Shown: positions 1 through 13,742, counted from the stretch's first letter. The stretch: DNA of 64,000 bases from Tubiluchus corallicola (GCA_030141605.1 JAQGDQ010000044.1:744001-808000); one strand, 5' to 3'. Translations and numbers: made by a program. The notes: a model not told the origin generated them from the sequence alone.

Positions 1-545
1 TCATCATCATCATCATCATCTACATCATCATCATCATCATCACCATCACCATCATCATCATCATCATCACCATCATTGTCATCGTCACCATCGTCGTCGT
101 CATCGTCGTTTTCATCATCATCATCAACAACATCACCATCATCATTACATCGTCGTCGTCATCGTCGTTTTCATTATCATTATCATTGTCGTCGTCGTCG
201 TCATCATCATCATCATCCTCATCACCATTATCGTCATGATCATGATCATGATGATGATCATCATCACCATCATTGTCATCGTCATCATCGTCGTCGTCAT
301 CGTCGTTTTCATCATCATCATCGTCATCATCATCATCATCAACATCACCATCACCATTACATCGTCATCGTTATTTCGCGTCGTCACTATTGTTTTCGTC
401 ACTTCTCAGAACATTATTCCCCTATAGTTATAATATTGCTATAATACGCAAAACCGTCTTACAACAACTATACCTCCTTCATTCTTTTTTCATCCTTCAA
501 ACATCAACATCACTCACCAATGTTTTCATCGTCGTCGTCGTCGTC
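1..545. repeat. Degenerate (CAT)/(CGT)n trinucleotide microsatellite
   Basis: Continuous tcatca/tcgtcg runs; explains the poly-S/H/I/M ORFs. Confidence 0.95.
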
Positions 546-1964
546 GGTAGCTCATTGTCGATGTCATCTGTTCTTGTTATCATTGCCAGTAACTTTGTCT
601 GTTTTTAATCTACCCTTTGCTAGTTTGGTTTTGTTTTATGACGCAGATTTGCACGTTTATAGAAATACAATCTAGACGAGCGCATCCCTTCTCATTAAAT
701 GCAACACTTAGAGAGAAATGTGCTGGTAAATTGTTTCTAAACAACCCTAATTGTTGAGTTGAACAAACATTAAAAGCCTTGTAGGTAAAGGCGAAATTAC
801 TTGCATTTGCACAATTATTTTAACATACAAACTACATGTATTTTTACAAGCAAATGAAAAAAAATTGTAATCAAATCTTATCTCTGGCCTTCAGGTGTGA
901 AAATAAATTGATAAAGTGGGTGTTATGGTGGCCATAAGAACGGAAGAAACGTGATAATGGTAAAGGTACTTTCACATGCATACAGAATGTGCTGCGATGA
1001 TGTCGATCGGGCAGACGATTATTCACTTGTTTCGTTGGAAGTACATTCCGTAAAAATATGAAAGCACCTTTAGTTATTATATAGTCAGAAATTTATTTTA
1101 TCGTAAAAATAAGCTTCGATGAGATTGCTGTATTACAAAGAAAGTTCTTAGAAAACAAAAATATTGCCGCATGAAATAAATGTAATATCGCGCAACAAAA
1201 CAAAGTTGCCAACGAAAGTGTTTTAAATAATTATCTGATAAAAGTAAACAAGTTACTATTGGATGAAGCTTGAAATATTGTCTAAAACAAATACTAGGCA
1301 TCATTTCGAATTTCGAATAATGCTGGAAAAATATGCAGGTCACGACAAGTGATCGTCACAACAGAATGTGCTTTTTCTGTTTTTTTTTCACTGAAAACTC
1401 AACAGTTATTTTAATTAGAATAAAACGATAATAGTCTTTAAAAACAAATTACCAAAAAGCTCCCTTCGCTTGTAAGCCTATAATTTCTCCAATGGGCTTT
1501 CTTGATTTTTTTCGGTGAATTTTTTCAACCAATCACCATTCTTACTGGGTAATGAGCTTGAGCTCTTACAAATTAGAAAAGTTTCACAAGAGTTCACTGC
1601 TGTACCTGAAGATTATAGTCCCTATACGACGTCCTCATAACATTAATTTTAAATACGTAATTGTTAAATTATTATTTAAAGATAGTCACGTGTGTCTCTT
1701 CTTTCCCATTATTGAACATTATTTTATTATAAACTAACACATTCGTACAATAATTCAATTTTCATTCGTCTTAAATGCAAAATTTGATAATTTTTAATTA
1801 CCTGGTACATGCGCATTAACTAATTAATTATATTAGTAACAATTCTTACCTATGTTAGGGTGCAATGAACAATTCACCTTACAATAAGGCTACAGATGAA
1901 TCTGCCATTGGCTCTATTTTAGTGTTTAAAATGAATGATTACCGTTAGAAGTGTGCATACTTAC

Positions 1965-2235
1965 TTGCAAATAAACTATTGACTAGATTAAAAGGTAAAC
2001 AGAAGAGCAACACCAATATGTCCGCCGCCGCAAGGTTAGCAATGAAAAGATTGGTAACGTTCCACATGTGTGGACTTCGAATCACCACAGCTAACACAAA
2101 ACTGTTTCCAACCACTCCCACAATGAACACTATCACGTACGCCATTGTTAGAAACACTATTTCCCAGTTATGGTCCAATTTTAGCTCCGTGCTGTAGGAT
2201 AAGTTAGTTCTCGATATATCGGTGGAATTCGACAT
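1965..2235 (-). CDS. SIFaR: Class A neuropeptide GPCR, SIFamide/NPFF-GnIH receptor-like; first coding exon (N-terminus, TM1, TM2)
   Basis: ATG at 2235 opens [13 protein letters not shown] (two N-x-S sequons)...[59 protein letters not shown], with TM1 GN and TM2 NLAxxD motifs and close resemblance to recalled SIFamide receptors. There are 90 codons + 1 nt, then donor A|GTAAGT at 1964. Upstream acceptor ttcttttcttttcttatAG at 2349-2350, so the exon starts at 2348 with 5'UTR. Orthology is from motif recall. Confidence 0.85.
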
Positions 2236-2771
2236 GTTTTGGAATAATATGGTCGCCAGTAAAAGCAAATTAACGTTCAGCGTCCACTGAAGTATGACTG
2301 CTGCCGCTAGCCACTGGTGATTAATGAAGAGACTGGTCCTTCAGGTCACTATAAGAAAAGAAAAGAACTTCGTAAAGAAGAATTTTGATTTTTTACAGCT
2401 TCCTACTAGATAAAAACTAGGAAAAATATTTATTAATGGTAAATGACATTAACATTATCGCGATTAACATTATCGTTTATTTTCATAAGCAGTTGTGTAA
2501 TGCATCTTATATTATGTACGTATAAATAATGTAATGTACATACCCTCATAACGTTTCTTGTATATATTTCTTGCATATACAATATATATTGTATATATAT
2601 ACAGGGCCTAGTATATTTTTCACGGTCATAAACTCTAACCTCACTATCAACAACAATGCAAAAGGTAAAGAACAATGTTGATATCGATCCCTTCCCCAAT
2701 TCTACCTAGCCAATCACAAGACAGGTCACGTGACTTTCACAGAAATTATACCTGGTTCTACATTATACATA

Positions 2772-3010
2772 ATGGTAATCCCCCAATTCGCCAGTTATCT
2801 TTTCGCCAGTCTACTTTTTCGTCAGTGCACTTTTTCGCCAGTCTACTTTTTCGCTAGTGCAATTTTTCGCCAGTCTACTTTTTCGCCAGTGCACTTTTTC
2901 GCCAGTCTACTTTTTCGCCAGTGCACTTTTTCGCCAGTCTACTTTTTCACCAGTGCACTTTTTCACCAATTACTTTTTCGCCTGGCGAAAAAAGTAGACT
3001 GGCGAAACGA
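2772..3010. repeat. Array of ~16-17-bp units (ttttcgccagtctac / ttttcgccagtgcac) followed by an inverted copy; fold-back/MITE-like relic
   Basis: About 12 alternating units, then ctggcgaaaaaagtagactggcgaa, the reverse complement of the unit. Confidence 0.8.
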
Positions 3011-4672
3011 TATACAATCATACATAATAAACCCTGTCCTAGTAAAAGTTTTCAACAGAAACAACACTGCACGCGAGTTCTTCAAATGGAAAAAGAACTT
3101 TCTCTTGGAAATTCAACAATCTAAACCACACACGCAGCGCCGCCAAGCGTATCAGACGTGCAAGATTACACCATTTTCCTCTTCAGTGTAAAATCAATAA
3201 AAACTTTTCATCAAAATACTAATCATTAGTAGCTTCTCAAGAATCTGTAATTGAGTTCAATCACTGACTAGTGAAACACGGGATGAATCTAAAGCGGGCA
3301 TTCTTGCTTTTTGGTCATTATCATGAAATCTATCAAACTGTAACGCTTAGCATTTTACATGCTTTATCTATTAGCTCTGACATTCGAAGCATTGCTGACA
3401 ATCGTGTAACCTTACCATAAGAGTCTCAATGGAATTTGAACATGACAAGCAAATGTAAGTTCGCCTGTGTCAAAGACAAAAATCTCAACAGCTACTGCGC
3501 AGACGGAAAGATAACTATTGCGCATTTACTTTTAGATTTTACAATGCCAATGTGTACATGTACATACAGAACAATATGTAATATACAAAGTTTATAAATC
3601 ATCAGCACATGAAGACACAACAAGTCGAAATTGTAAGAAAACTTGTGCAGAGTGAACTTAACAAATGAGTGGACACAAAAAAGATAATTTAAAAAAAGAA
3701 AAAATGGTGATGAAAAAAACACAAAAACGAGAAATTGGGACACAGACATATAAGTTGCCGTCAATATTAACTTTTTTTTGTCATAACTGACTAACTGACG
3801 CACTACCATCATTATCTTAATCATCGTCGTTGCCACTGCGGTCGTTGTGGTCACTGTTATCGTCAAAATAATTATCATCATCATCATCGTCATGATGCCG
3901 CCGCCGTCGTTGTTGTTGTTGTTGTTGTTGTCGTCGTCGTTATCATCACCACCACCATAACCATCATTTTTCTTTTTGCTTCTCTTCTTTTCACAAATTT
4001 CGTTTTTTGTTTTAGCGTTTCTCTTTTTTAATAGCTAAAAACACGTATCAGCAGCATCTGTATTATATTACTCTGATTTGCTTTGAGTGAATTAAAAACA
4101 TTTGCCTTTGATTAGAGAATCCCCGTTCAAAAGAGGCATAACAAGATTACTAGAGCAATCATAAAGAACGCAACATGGTAATTAACACGGTATTTTTGAT
4201 TTGGTTTGTAATCATACCGCTTTATTGCTGAAAAAATAATTAAAACGATGAACGAGTATGAGTCATAAAGTCTAATTACACTCGACGCTTTGAGTGGGTC
4301 GGATACAAGTTCACTTTAGACTTGTCTTTTGTGACGGAACGGAAGTGTACGAGAAAATTAAAATTTAACGCGTTGCATAATAATTATATTATAATTAATT
4401 GAAGGCGTGGTACGTTTGAGTCGATCTAACCACGTGACTGGGTTTAAAATCAATCTAATGTTTCCAATAATATTCTGTTGTTAACTTCCAGCTATAGTGA
4501 CTTTAATTTTCAATGTTTTATGTTGCAAAACATTTTTTGTAAACATTTATTTGAAATAATTGCCTTTAGCAAATAAATGCTGATCAAATTGCTTCAGGCT
4601 GCAAAATTTACAGGAGTGCAGTTTGACAGGAAAAACAAATCTATCACAAAATATACATAACTATTCCAATTG

Positions 4673-4930
4673 TTAATTATGATAATTAAAACGGTTAGAT
4701 GAACCAATATATTGCTGCACCAGATCAAATAGAATGATGTTCTGTTCATAACTTAGTAGTGAACTACCTGAAAGAAAAACTGAAGTTTCTAATTGTGGGT
4801 TAAAGTTATTTATATTAAAAGGTAATGTGTTTGTTTGGTATAGGTTTGTTAGTCGTTCTTTGAGGTCCTCTCTACTAGCAACATGCAAAGGGCAATCGAG
4901 CAAAAAATGTTTAATACTTTCAAAACACTT
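4673..4930 (-). mobile_element. Non-LTR retrotransposon (CR1/L2-group) ORF2 C-terminal fragment
   Basis: ESIKHFLLDCPLH...R..L...LSGSSLLSYEQNIILFDLVQQYIGSSNRF matches the E-x3-H-x3-CP...N-x2-LF-x2-VQ-x-YI...RF tail recalled from invertebrate LINE ORF2. Confidence 0.7.
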
Positions 4931-5462
4931 TAAATCTGAAAACAGGCTACCTGTTGAAATTGTAGACATAATTTAAGAGCTAGACACATTTTTTGCTATT
5001 GCTTCTTTTGCTGAAACTGTTGTTGTTACCACAGCTATTGTTGCTGCAGTTGTTACTGTCTTCTAGATGTGGCAACTGATTTTATTGGGGGTCCTACTCA
5101 GCAAATTTTATACCTATAAGGCAAAAATAAGGAACTTCCGTCTAAAAACAGTAACGAATATTCAGACATATCCAAACCCTAAGGTCCGCGCAGACATGTA
5201 AAACTTAAGAAACTGTTGATTAACTATCTGCATAACATTTCAACAATAGTTGATTCTAAATTAAAAGGTACGACTTATTTTGCTAAGAATTAGTGTATTC
5301 AATTAGCACTGTGAAACATATGTAGATGTGTTTGTCATAAATTATGGTATTTTTTAATATACTGCGCTTAAAAAGAACCCTGTAATTGTAGGGACGTGTT
5401 CCTGTATGCCTTGTTTTTTTAATTGTGTCATTTATTAATTGTACTTGAGCTTATGTTTGTAA

Positions 5463-5570
<108 letters not shown>

Positions 5571-5739
5571 GATCTTTCATCGCTAAACAACATTTGTATT
5601 AATATTTCGAGTCTTTTAACTGCATAGATGGCTCCATTCGTTCACTTTTAAGCAGTTTTTGTTATTAAGGTAGCATATCACATTATGGTGCAGCTGCTAC
5701 ACCAATTGAGCTTAAATTTTGCATGGATTATATTGTAAA

Positions 5740-6092
5740 ATATGCCCACAGTATAGTAAGAGAAGGCCAAAGATAAGAGTCGTTTCTCTCAGGTAATGCT
5801 GTAACGCTTCTCCACTTGATGTCGAGCTTACGCAGCAGTTCATCAAAACTATTTGAACTCATCCGATAATAACTAAATTACTCGGATGAAGCCAGTAAAA
5901 GTGGTCATAGAGCTTATAAAATCGCCCTTTCACTAATCGCTGACTACCTCTTCAATCTTCATAGCGCCAGTTGCGCAATTTAAAATTGCTTGTCTGGGGG
6001 TGCGATTTTGGTGCACGAGTAAAATTGCTACAATTTTCGGCTGCACAACTTTTAATTGCGCAACTGAAAATTGCACATCTACGCGGGGACTA
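5740..6092 (-). mobile_element. Degenerate PIF/Harbinger transposon 5' relic
   Basis: The minus strand gives frameshifted EKGDF..LY...YYRMSSNSFDELL...EKRL, resembling the N-terminal motifs of Harbinger transposase. It is preceded by a terminus with repeated ttgcgcaa/aaaattgc subterminal motifs. Confidence 0.55.
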
Positions 6093-6439
6093 ATAAGCTT
6101 GAAATTTAGTTCAACACGTTTGTTCTTCTCGTTATACAAACGAGAAGTGAGGATCCCGCTGCTAAATGAACTGCCCCAGGCCTGCCCAAGCTCATATAAA
6201 GTAATTGATGAAGAATTTGTTAAATGGCGCACAAAACGGTATAAAAGTAAAAATAGTGCGCGCACATCAATTCATGGTTAATTAAGCGCATAATTTTACA
6301 AGTTTTGCGCAATTATAAGGCAAGATTTTGCCAATTTTAATGTAGCAAATGAAACGACATCGCAATAAACGTACCCAAGATTTTATACATTTCGTAATTA
6401 GAAATAGCAAATGAGTAGTACAAAGAAGCGCCTTTTTTA

Positions 6440-7280
6440 TTGTTGTTGTTGCTGCTGCTGCTACTACTGTTGCTGTTGTTGCTGTTGTTGTTGTTGCTGT
6501 TACTGCTGTTGCTGCTGTTGTTGTTGTTGCTGTTGTTGTTGTTGTTGTTGCTGTTGCTGTTGCTGCTGCTCTTGTTGTTTTTGTTGTTGCTGCTGTTGTT
6601 GTTGTTGTTGCTGTTGCTGCTGCTGTAGTTGCTGCTACTGCCGTTGCCGCTATTGCTGTTGCTATTCCTGTAGCTGTTGTTGTTGTTTTTGTTGTTGCTG
6701 TTGTTGTTGTCGTTGTCGTTGTCATTGTCATTTTCGTCATTGCCGTTGTTGTTGTTGTCACTGCTGCTGTTGCCATTGCCGCTATTGCTGTAGCTGTTGT
6801 TGTTGTTTTTGTTGTTGCTGTTGTTGTTGTCGTTGTTGTTGTTGTTTTTGTTGTTGCTGTTGTTGTTGTCGTTGTTGTTGTGATTGTCATTGTCGCCATT
6901 GCCGTTGTTGTTGTTGTCACTGCTGCTGCTGCCGTTGCCGCTATTGCTGTTGCTATTCCTGTAGCTGTTGTTGTTGTCGTTGTTGTTGTTATCACTGTCG
7001 CTGTCACTGTTGTTGTTGTTGTTGCTGCTGCTGTTGTTGTTGTCGTTGTTGTTGTGGTTGTTGCTGCTGGTGTTGTCATTGCCGCTATTGCTGTTGCTGT
7101 TCCTGTAGCTGTTGTTGTTGTCGTTGTCGTTGTCGCTGTCGCTGTTGCTGTTATTGTTGTTGTTGTTGTTGTTGTCATCGTAGTTGTTGCTGCTGCACAT
7201 GCAGTTACCGCTATTGCTGTTCCTGTTCCTGTAGCTGTTGTTGTTTTTGTTGTTGTCGCTGTCACTGTCGGTGTCGCTGT
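6440..7280. repeat. Compound (GTT)/(GCT)n microsatellite with a recurring ~40-bp motif
   Basis: gttgttgct runs; gccgctattgctgttgctattcctgtagctgttgttg or variants recur about 5 times. Explains the poly-T/N/C/L/V ORFs. Confidence 0.95.
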
Positions 7281-7557
7281 ACACGTTTAGTAGTTTTATT
7301 ACCAGGTGTGGCAATAATGTGTATTTCTAGGACTGACTCTAATAAGAAAGCTGCCGGCGATAAGTTCACGCCATGCTTAAAAGTAATTATTGAGAATTAG
7401 CGACGTTATTTAATTCTTAACTCTCAGTGGATGTTAAAGGTACTGAAATGTTATCCTACAGAGCAAAAAGTAGATCTCGATGCGGTAATTTTCAAATCTC
7501 AGTCAGTAGAAGAAGCTCTTAACTTGAAAGAATTAACATTCTGTATATCGCGTATAA

Positions 7558-7601
7558 TGTCGATAACGATAACGATAACGATTACCACAACCATAACCAT
7601 A

Positions 7602-7636
<35 letters not shown>

Positions 7637-7800
7637 AACGATAACGATAACGATAACAATAACAATAACAATAACAATAACAATCAAAATAGCAATAGCA
7701 ATAGCAATAACGATAACGATAACAATAACGATAACGATACCAATACCGATAACGATAACGATAACAATAACGATAACTAACGATAATGACAATAAAAAAT
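7558..7800. repeat. (ATAACG/ATAACA)n hexanucleotide microsatellite
   Basis: Direct read. Confidence 0.9.
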
Positions 7801-8324
7801 AATAATATGCCAAACAAATACGTACGAGAGAAAGAATCTCTATCTGCATCCAATGAGCATTTCGCATTTACCCATATTTCTTTTGGCAGCACTTAACAAC
7901 GCGCCATTAGGCTCTAAAATCGAATACAGTCTTTGTATGAATAAGGATTTCTTTTTTCACTTGATTGAAAAAAACATCGTAAATTTAGTTGTCTTAATAA
8001 TTGCCACTGTAACAGTAACATAGTGAAAAGGCCATATATGACAGGGGTGGTGCCAAGAGCCAGAGTTGAAGACACCGGGGAAACCAAGCGAAGTGCAAGA
8101 AATATGATTTTGAGAATCTCTGTCTTAGTATAGTGATGCAGTGAATCGGCAGGCTATTTATGTTAAAGGACAAGAAAAGGGGTACCTCCCGTTGAAAGGA
8201 TTTTTTGTTTGTTTCATTTCAAATACTCCCCCCCCCCCCCCCCCGACACTGTACCGATCGCGTCCTCATTACCTGATGTCATATATGCACAACGTAAATC
8301 AGGGGAAGAAAAGTACATGTTAGA

Positions 8325-8790
8325 CTATGTCCCAAAAAACTTTCTATGCAAAGCTATGTTACTTAGCATTTCGCTTACCTGCTTAAATGACTTACGTAAC
8401 TAGAATAGAAAATATTTAATTATTTAAAATGTTTTCACCAATAGGTAAAATGTCGCTGTCTCACCCTCCAGGGTGCACCACTCACTAACCAAAAAACATA
8501 TTTTTAATCTTATTGACAAGATACAGTAAATTAAAATTTTACTTACTTAGTGACGTGTGCGCTACGAATGCTCAGATTATATTTCCAAATTTTACTCAGT
8601 GTTATCTAAACTTGCCTCAAATGACTTATCGTCAAAATGGCTGCTGCTAACTGTCATCGTGGGAGTTTCAATTTACATGTTTTATACAGCGTTAAGGCCG
8701 ACGCAAACTCTGCATGCAAAAAGACAGTGCGTAAGTGGTATAAATTTTGAAAACGAATTTTTTAAGCTTTATGTAAGTGGACGGTATTGT
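8325..8790 (+). mobile_element. Dispersed non-autonomous DNA element, family B, copy 1 (Kolobok-like)
   Basis: Shares caaagctatgtt, gtgcaccact, gtgtgcgctacgaatgctc and gtcaaaatggctgc with 13898-14380 and, inverted, with 57804-58261. Boundaries approximate. Confidence 0.7.
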
Positions 8791-9925
8791 GGAGGGCACA
8801 AGGGTATCCCTTTTTTAGTTTGAGGAAGCTCAAATTTGGCCACCTACTTTGTCACACATGCAAGTTAATATAGAAACTTGTGACAATTTTCAAAAAAAAT
8901 ATCAATCTGTACTAAATAGTTATGCACTAATATATATTAAGGTTCATTAATGCTGTAATTGTAGCTTATATACAGCTAGATTGAAATTCTAAAATTATAT
9001 ACGGTGTGTGATGAGTATCCCAGTACAATGAGTGGATGGTTGATGAAATGGCTCTTTATGGAGGTTTATATTGTTCTCTTCTCTAACAGCTGGTAACATT
9101 TAGCAATGATACAAATGAGAACATTTGTAAGAACGATACGCTCGTATATAAAATTATTATTTTAAAGAAAATTTTCCGTTTTAGATCAGCTGGCTGCATA
9201 TCGTTCTAAGCAAGTGACTTGTGCTTTAAAATTATTGCTGACTTCGGGAAAAGTCACCAACAAAACACTACAAAATGTCACAGATTATCTGTGCAATGCA
9301 CTAAGTCACAACATTTTAGCTCTGCTTTTGCGCATATGACAACACAGATATCTGCTCACACATACACGCGCTGTCAAGGTGTGTTTGTTTATCGAGCAAT
9401 TGTTATAGCAAATAATTTAGACACTACATTATTTAGCGTCCATTAACGTTTGGGCTGCAGTACATAACAGGCCTACGCGTGAATAAGAAAAAACATTTTC
9501 CATAATGTAGTGTTAGCTTTCTTGTACTAAAGTTCTGCATAATATGGTTCAGCAAAAATAATCAGGTAGCTTAAAATATTAAGAAAAAATTGTAGTCCAT
9601 CCAATAGATGCGTTACATAATGTTATTTCACGATTTTATAAATATCAATTTTATGGTCAATTTTAGTTGGTTACAATACGTAATAAACTATCCATCTTTG
9701 TAATAAAGGATTAATTCGACGTTATCGCTTTGTTCTACATACAAAAGTGACAAATAAATTACTTCAGTTTCTCAAGAATCTATAATTACAATTAAAGACT
9801 CGCTAATATCCAGTGAGACGAATAACGAAATTTAAACACAGAAAAAAAAACCAAGATTATTCACAGTTGATTACAAATGTACAAACGTATTAAACATATG
9901 ATAGAGCGTTCACTGCTTCGTTCTT

Positions 9926-10330
9926 TTAAAGGCAAAAAGGATGATTTTTCATATCCTCCCCAATTTTGAAGTTCGGGAAAAAGATACATTTTAACGCTTA
10001 TAATCACGCCAAGGCGTTTCTGATAATGAAATAATAAGCTAAAAACGTAATTAACGGCTGGTGAGCCCAAATAATAATGACATCCACAAGCGTACTGCAC
10101 GTATTCGTAAAAAAAAATTGAAGTACACTGCTACTGTACAATAATCAATGTGATTTAAGTTTAAAATTCAAATTTCAAGTTTACATCTGTTCTCATGCAT
10201 GAGCTTTCGCATGTGTGCACTATGTCACAACTGAACAACTCTGGACTGAAAGGGACAGCACCTGTTTTTTTTCTGCAACACGTTTTCGAGATGCAGGCGC
10301 TGGTGCCCGTCTAACTAGAGACAGGTAAAA
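9926..10330 (+). mobile_element. Non-autonomous TTAA element, family A, truncated copy (Kolobok-like)
   Basis: Begins ttaa|aggcaaaaaggatgatttttcatat; shares aattgaagtaca.tgctactgta and acagcacctgttttt with the full copies. Confidence 0.75.
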
Positions 10331-11451
10331 TTTAGGTAGTAAAGAACTAGTCACAGGCTGCTCAGTGGTGATAGTGGTGATACAATATCAAAATTGAGTT
10401 AATTAATTCCACTACGAAGTATACTCACTTTGCATCTAGCGATAAAGCTTAATCAAGACGCAAAAAGCTTCTCAAAATGTGGAAAAAAGCGTCAATTATT
10501 TGACAGTTCATCTCATTTCGAGCAACTTGACTTTACGACAAACATTTTTCGATTTTCGACTTTCGAGAACAAATAACAAATCACTTCTAGCCGCACTTCA
10601 CAGCGATAAACCCTAAAAACCGGTGTTAAAACGCCGAGATGTCGGCGGTCTATACTTTACACGTCGGCGCGATGAAACCTGTCAATTTTTGCGTCGTTAC
10701 GTCCTTTGCGCTCAGAGAGCAAAACGAAACTCACGTGGTAGCAGTTAAGTTCGAGATTGGCTTCATATAACCTTACCATTAGAGCAGTTCCTCGTGTGTT
10801 GCGTGTTAATTACTGCGAAGTATGCAGGGGTGGCAAACAGTGCGCGCAATCTCTGCAGTAACAGTAACTGTGTAACTCGGGGCAATCAAAGGTCAAGCTA
10901 ATCTCAAAATTATGTTTTTTTAGATTCTACACGCATTCTTTGTCGGCTTGCTTCATTAATAACCTTGATTTTAGCGCTCACTTTAATACTCCTTGTTTAA
11001 CATCGCTGTAAATAAGGTTACACGCACAAATTAGAAAAGCTAATTACAGAATGCGTAACATGTAATATTGTAGAATTCACTCTAGTATCTATGTAAAATT
11101 TTTTAATAGTTGTACAGAAATTTTTGCCTGCAAAAAAGGCTAATAAAGACTTATCATCATCATCATTTTGTCGGACTGCCATTAATATGCCAGCCAAATT
11201 GCCAATGTATAGTAGGGCTAGGTTAGTTCTGCTAGTAGTGTAAACTCTTAAAGAGGTTTAGAAACGTTTTAGTCGGCCAAAAACAAAAATCCTTTTTTCA
11301 GGCTGGTGACAGTCTATTATCGAGATATGCTGGCAATATAAATTCTTACATAAAAGGGTTTGAACTGGCAATAGCCAAATGTCCTTTTTAAGCAGTTGAG
11401 TTAATTACTATGATTAGCAGCATAAAGCTGCCACAAAGAACGTCAGGACGT

Positions 11452-11477
11452 TGAGACATTCAGACAGACAGACATTC

Positions 11478-11522
<45 letters not shown>

Positions 11523-11552
11523 AACAGACAGACAGACAGACAAACAGACAGA
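11452..11552. repeat. (CAGA)n microsatellite
   Basis: Direct read. Confidence 0.95.
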
Positions 11553-11964
11553 ATATAAACACAGAATGAGTTGACATAAATATAATGCACGGATAGGAGG
11601 ACGCAAAACATATTTTACATAAATATTAGATCTGTCAAAAAAGCTCAGTTTAATGCAAGAGTTGTTAGGTCAGCCGCCCTGATGCGCGCGATGAAAAAAA
11701 ATCGCATATGCATGAGAAGAAAAAGGGAGCAAAGAAGTCATTGGTCGTTTGCCACATACGTTAGACATTACATGCAGTTTTGTTGAGTTTGGCTTTTCAG
11801 CTGGCGGTGAATTACTATTGTCCATTGTGCACACTTAGCGTGACCTTCCTAGCAAATTGAAAGTTGATATTGCAATACAAAAGCCGTAACGTAATCTTGT
11901 ACTACAGGTTATCTTCTTTGCACAGACTGAATAGGAAGCTACAACGTACAAGTTGCAGGCTTAA

Positions 11965-12541
11965 AGGGAAACAGGATGATTTTTCATATACTACCCCATT
12001 TTCAAGTACGGCAAGTAGTATACTTTTTAACAGGTGCAAAAGCATTTCTGATAAATAATATATTAAAATCTTAATTAACGGCGGGCGAGCCTAACAAGTG
12101 ATGACATCAACATCTAACATAATTTTTAACATCAAAAACATTCGCTGAGCGCATGCTTCCGAAAGCGAAAATTGAAGTACAGTGCTACTGTAAGAGATTC
12201 AGTGTGTTGTAGTAAAACTCGGCAAGTTTTAAGATAAAAATTCAAATTTCAAATTTACCGCTGTACACACGCAAGAGCTGTCGAACGTGTAGATTTCGTC
12301 ACAAATTAGCACATCCGAACTGAGAGGCACAGCACCTGTTTTTTCTGCAACTCTTTCCGAAATGCAGGCGCTAGTGCCCGTCCAACTAGCGAATGGCGAA
12401 ATGTATGTAACAGCGAAAAGCTGGTGGCGCCAACGCGAAATTGTGTTTGTGTGGTAATAATTCTTTCGCGTAAGTCATTTTTGAAAAAAAATAGTATGTT
12501 ATTGTTTTGACTTACAGTTTAACATTGGGTCCGGTTTTGCT
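11965..12541 (+). mobile_element. Non-autonomous TTAA element, family A, full-length copy (Kolobok-like)
   Basis: TTAA|agggaaacagga ... tccggttttgct|TTAA: imperfect TIRs, AG..CT ends and TTAA flanks. Colinear with 22956-23559 and 53413-54020. Confidence 0.8.
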
Positions 12542-13406
12542 TTAAAAGGAGCTTAACAATGTAAAGCCCTTAGAGCGGTGGTCAAAACCTGATGGTCCAG
12601 CGTTGACCTAGCTCACAGTGCTGATCAAGGTTTTTTAACTTGTGTTAAGCCAATTAACATTTTGTTAGTAGATTCTCGCCCCTTGATGTTTTAATCTGGC
12701 CTTGACTTAGTCTGATATTTGGACTTGAACTGGGTTAGGTATAGGTGGGTGCCAGTAATATTTCAATTAACTTTAGTTTCAGCTATGTCGTTGCTGACAA
12801 GTCTTCTTGAATAATAACGTTGATCCCCTGATAAAAGAGAGGTCTGCTACATTTCACGTACACGAAGCCTCTGCAGAGTTGGCCACTTTCCAAATGGCGC
12901 TCCAGCACTCAGCGACAGGTCCTACTATATGTACATGTTTGTGGCGAGACCGGTGCATAGCTCGTTATCAAAGATTAAATATTAGTTAGATTATTGAGTG
13001 AGATTATTAGTGACCACACAGCTAATAATCACACCCTCTACACCAGCTTTACTTATCTAGCTGCTTTTAAACACGTTAAGTGATGTTTTTCAAAGTTTAT
13101 CCTCACAAAATCGTCTGACATGATGATGTAAAATGTTATGACATGCTGTAAGTTAAGTTATACTTTTAAGGCCACGTATCCACTAAAAGTACAAACAGAC
13201 ACGCACAGAAACAAATTTTTTCCTTCTGACATTTTCTGCTGCAAAAACTGCATCAGCTAAGCACGCGCGCAACGCAAGAAAGCTTGAAAATAAATCTGAT
13301 ATGTGGCTGAAATACTGTTAGAACAAAATATAATTTTTTTACTCTAAAAAACTTTTAATGTTGTGGTAAGAAAGGGTTCAAACAATCTTTGAAAAAAGAG
13401 CAAAAT

Positions 13407-13742
13407 AAGTAAACATTATAAGTTGTACAAGACGAAAACAAAACTAATATATTCGTTAGTCAAAGTAAACATTATAAGTTGTACAAGACGAAGAGAAAAC
13501 TAATATATTCATTAGTCAAAGTAAACATTATAAGTTGTACAAGACAAAGAGAAAACTAATATATTCATTAGTCAAAGTAAACATTATAAGTTGTACAAGG
13601 CAAAGAGAAAACTAATATATTCATTAGTCAAAGTAAACATTATAAGTTGTACAAGGCAAAGAGAAAACTAATATATTCATTAGTCAAAGTAAACATTATA
13701 AGTTGTACAAGACAAAGAGAAAACTAATATATTCATTAGTCA
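13407..13742. repeat. 56-bp minisatellite, 6 near-identical copies
   Basis: Unit aagtaaacattataagttgtacaagacaaagagaaaactaatatattcattagtca at 13407, 13463, 13519, 13575, 13631 and 13687. Confidence 0.95.

Noticed and set aside
76-608. His-rich, Ser-rich and Ile-rich ORFs
   Set aside because: Translations of a (CAT)n repeat.
6282-7400. Long ORFs (325-329 aa) of poly-Thr, poly-Asn and poly-Cys
   Set aside because: Open in several frames on both strands because a trinucleotide microsatellite lacks stops; no recognisable domain.
13407-13742. CRISPR-like array
   Set aside because: Head-to-tail repeats without unique spacers; eukaryotic context; no cas genes.
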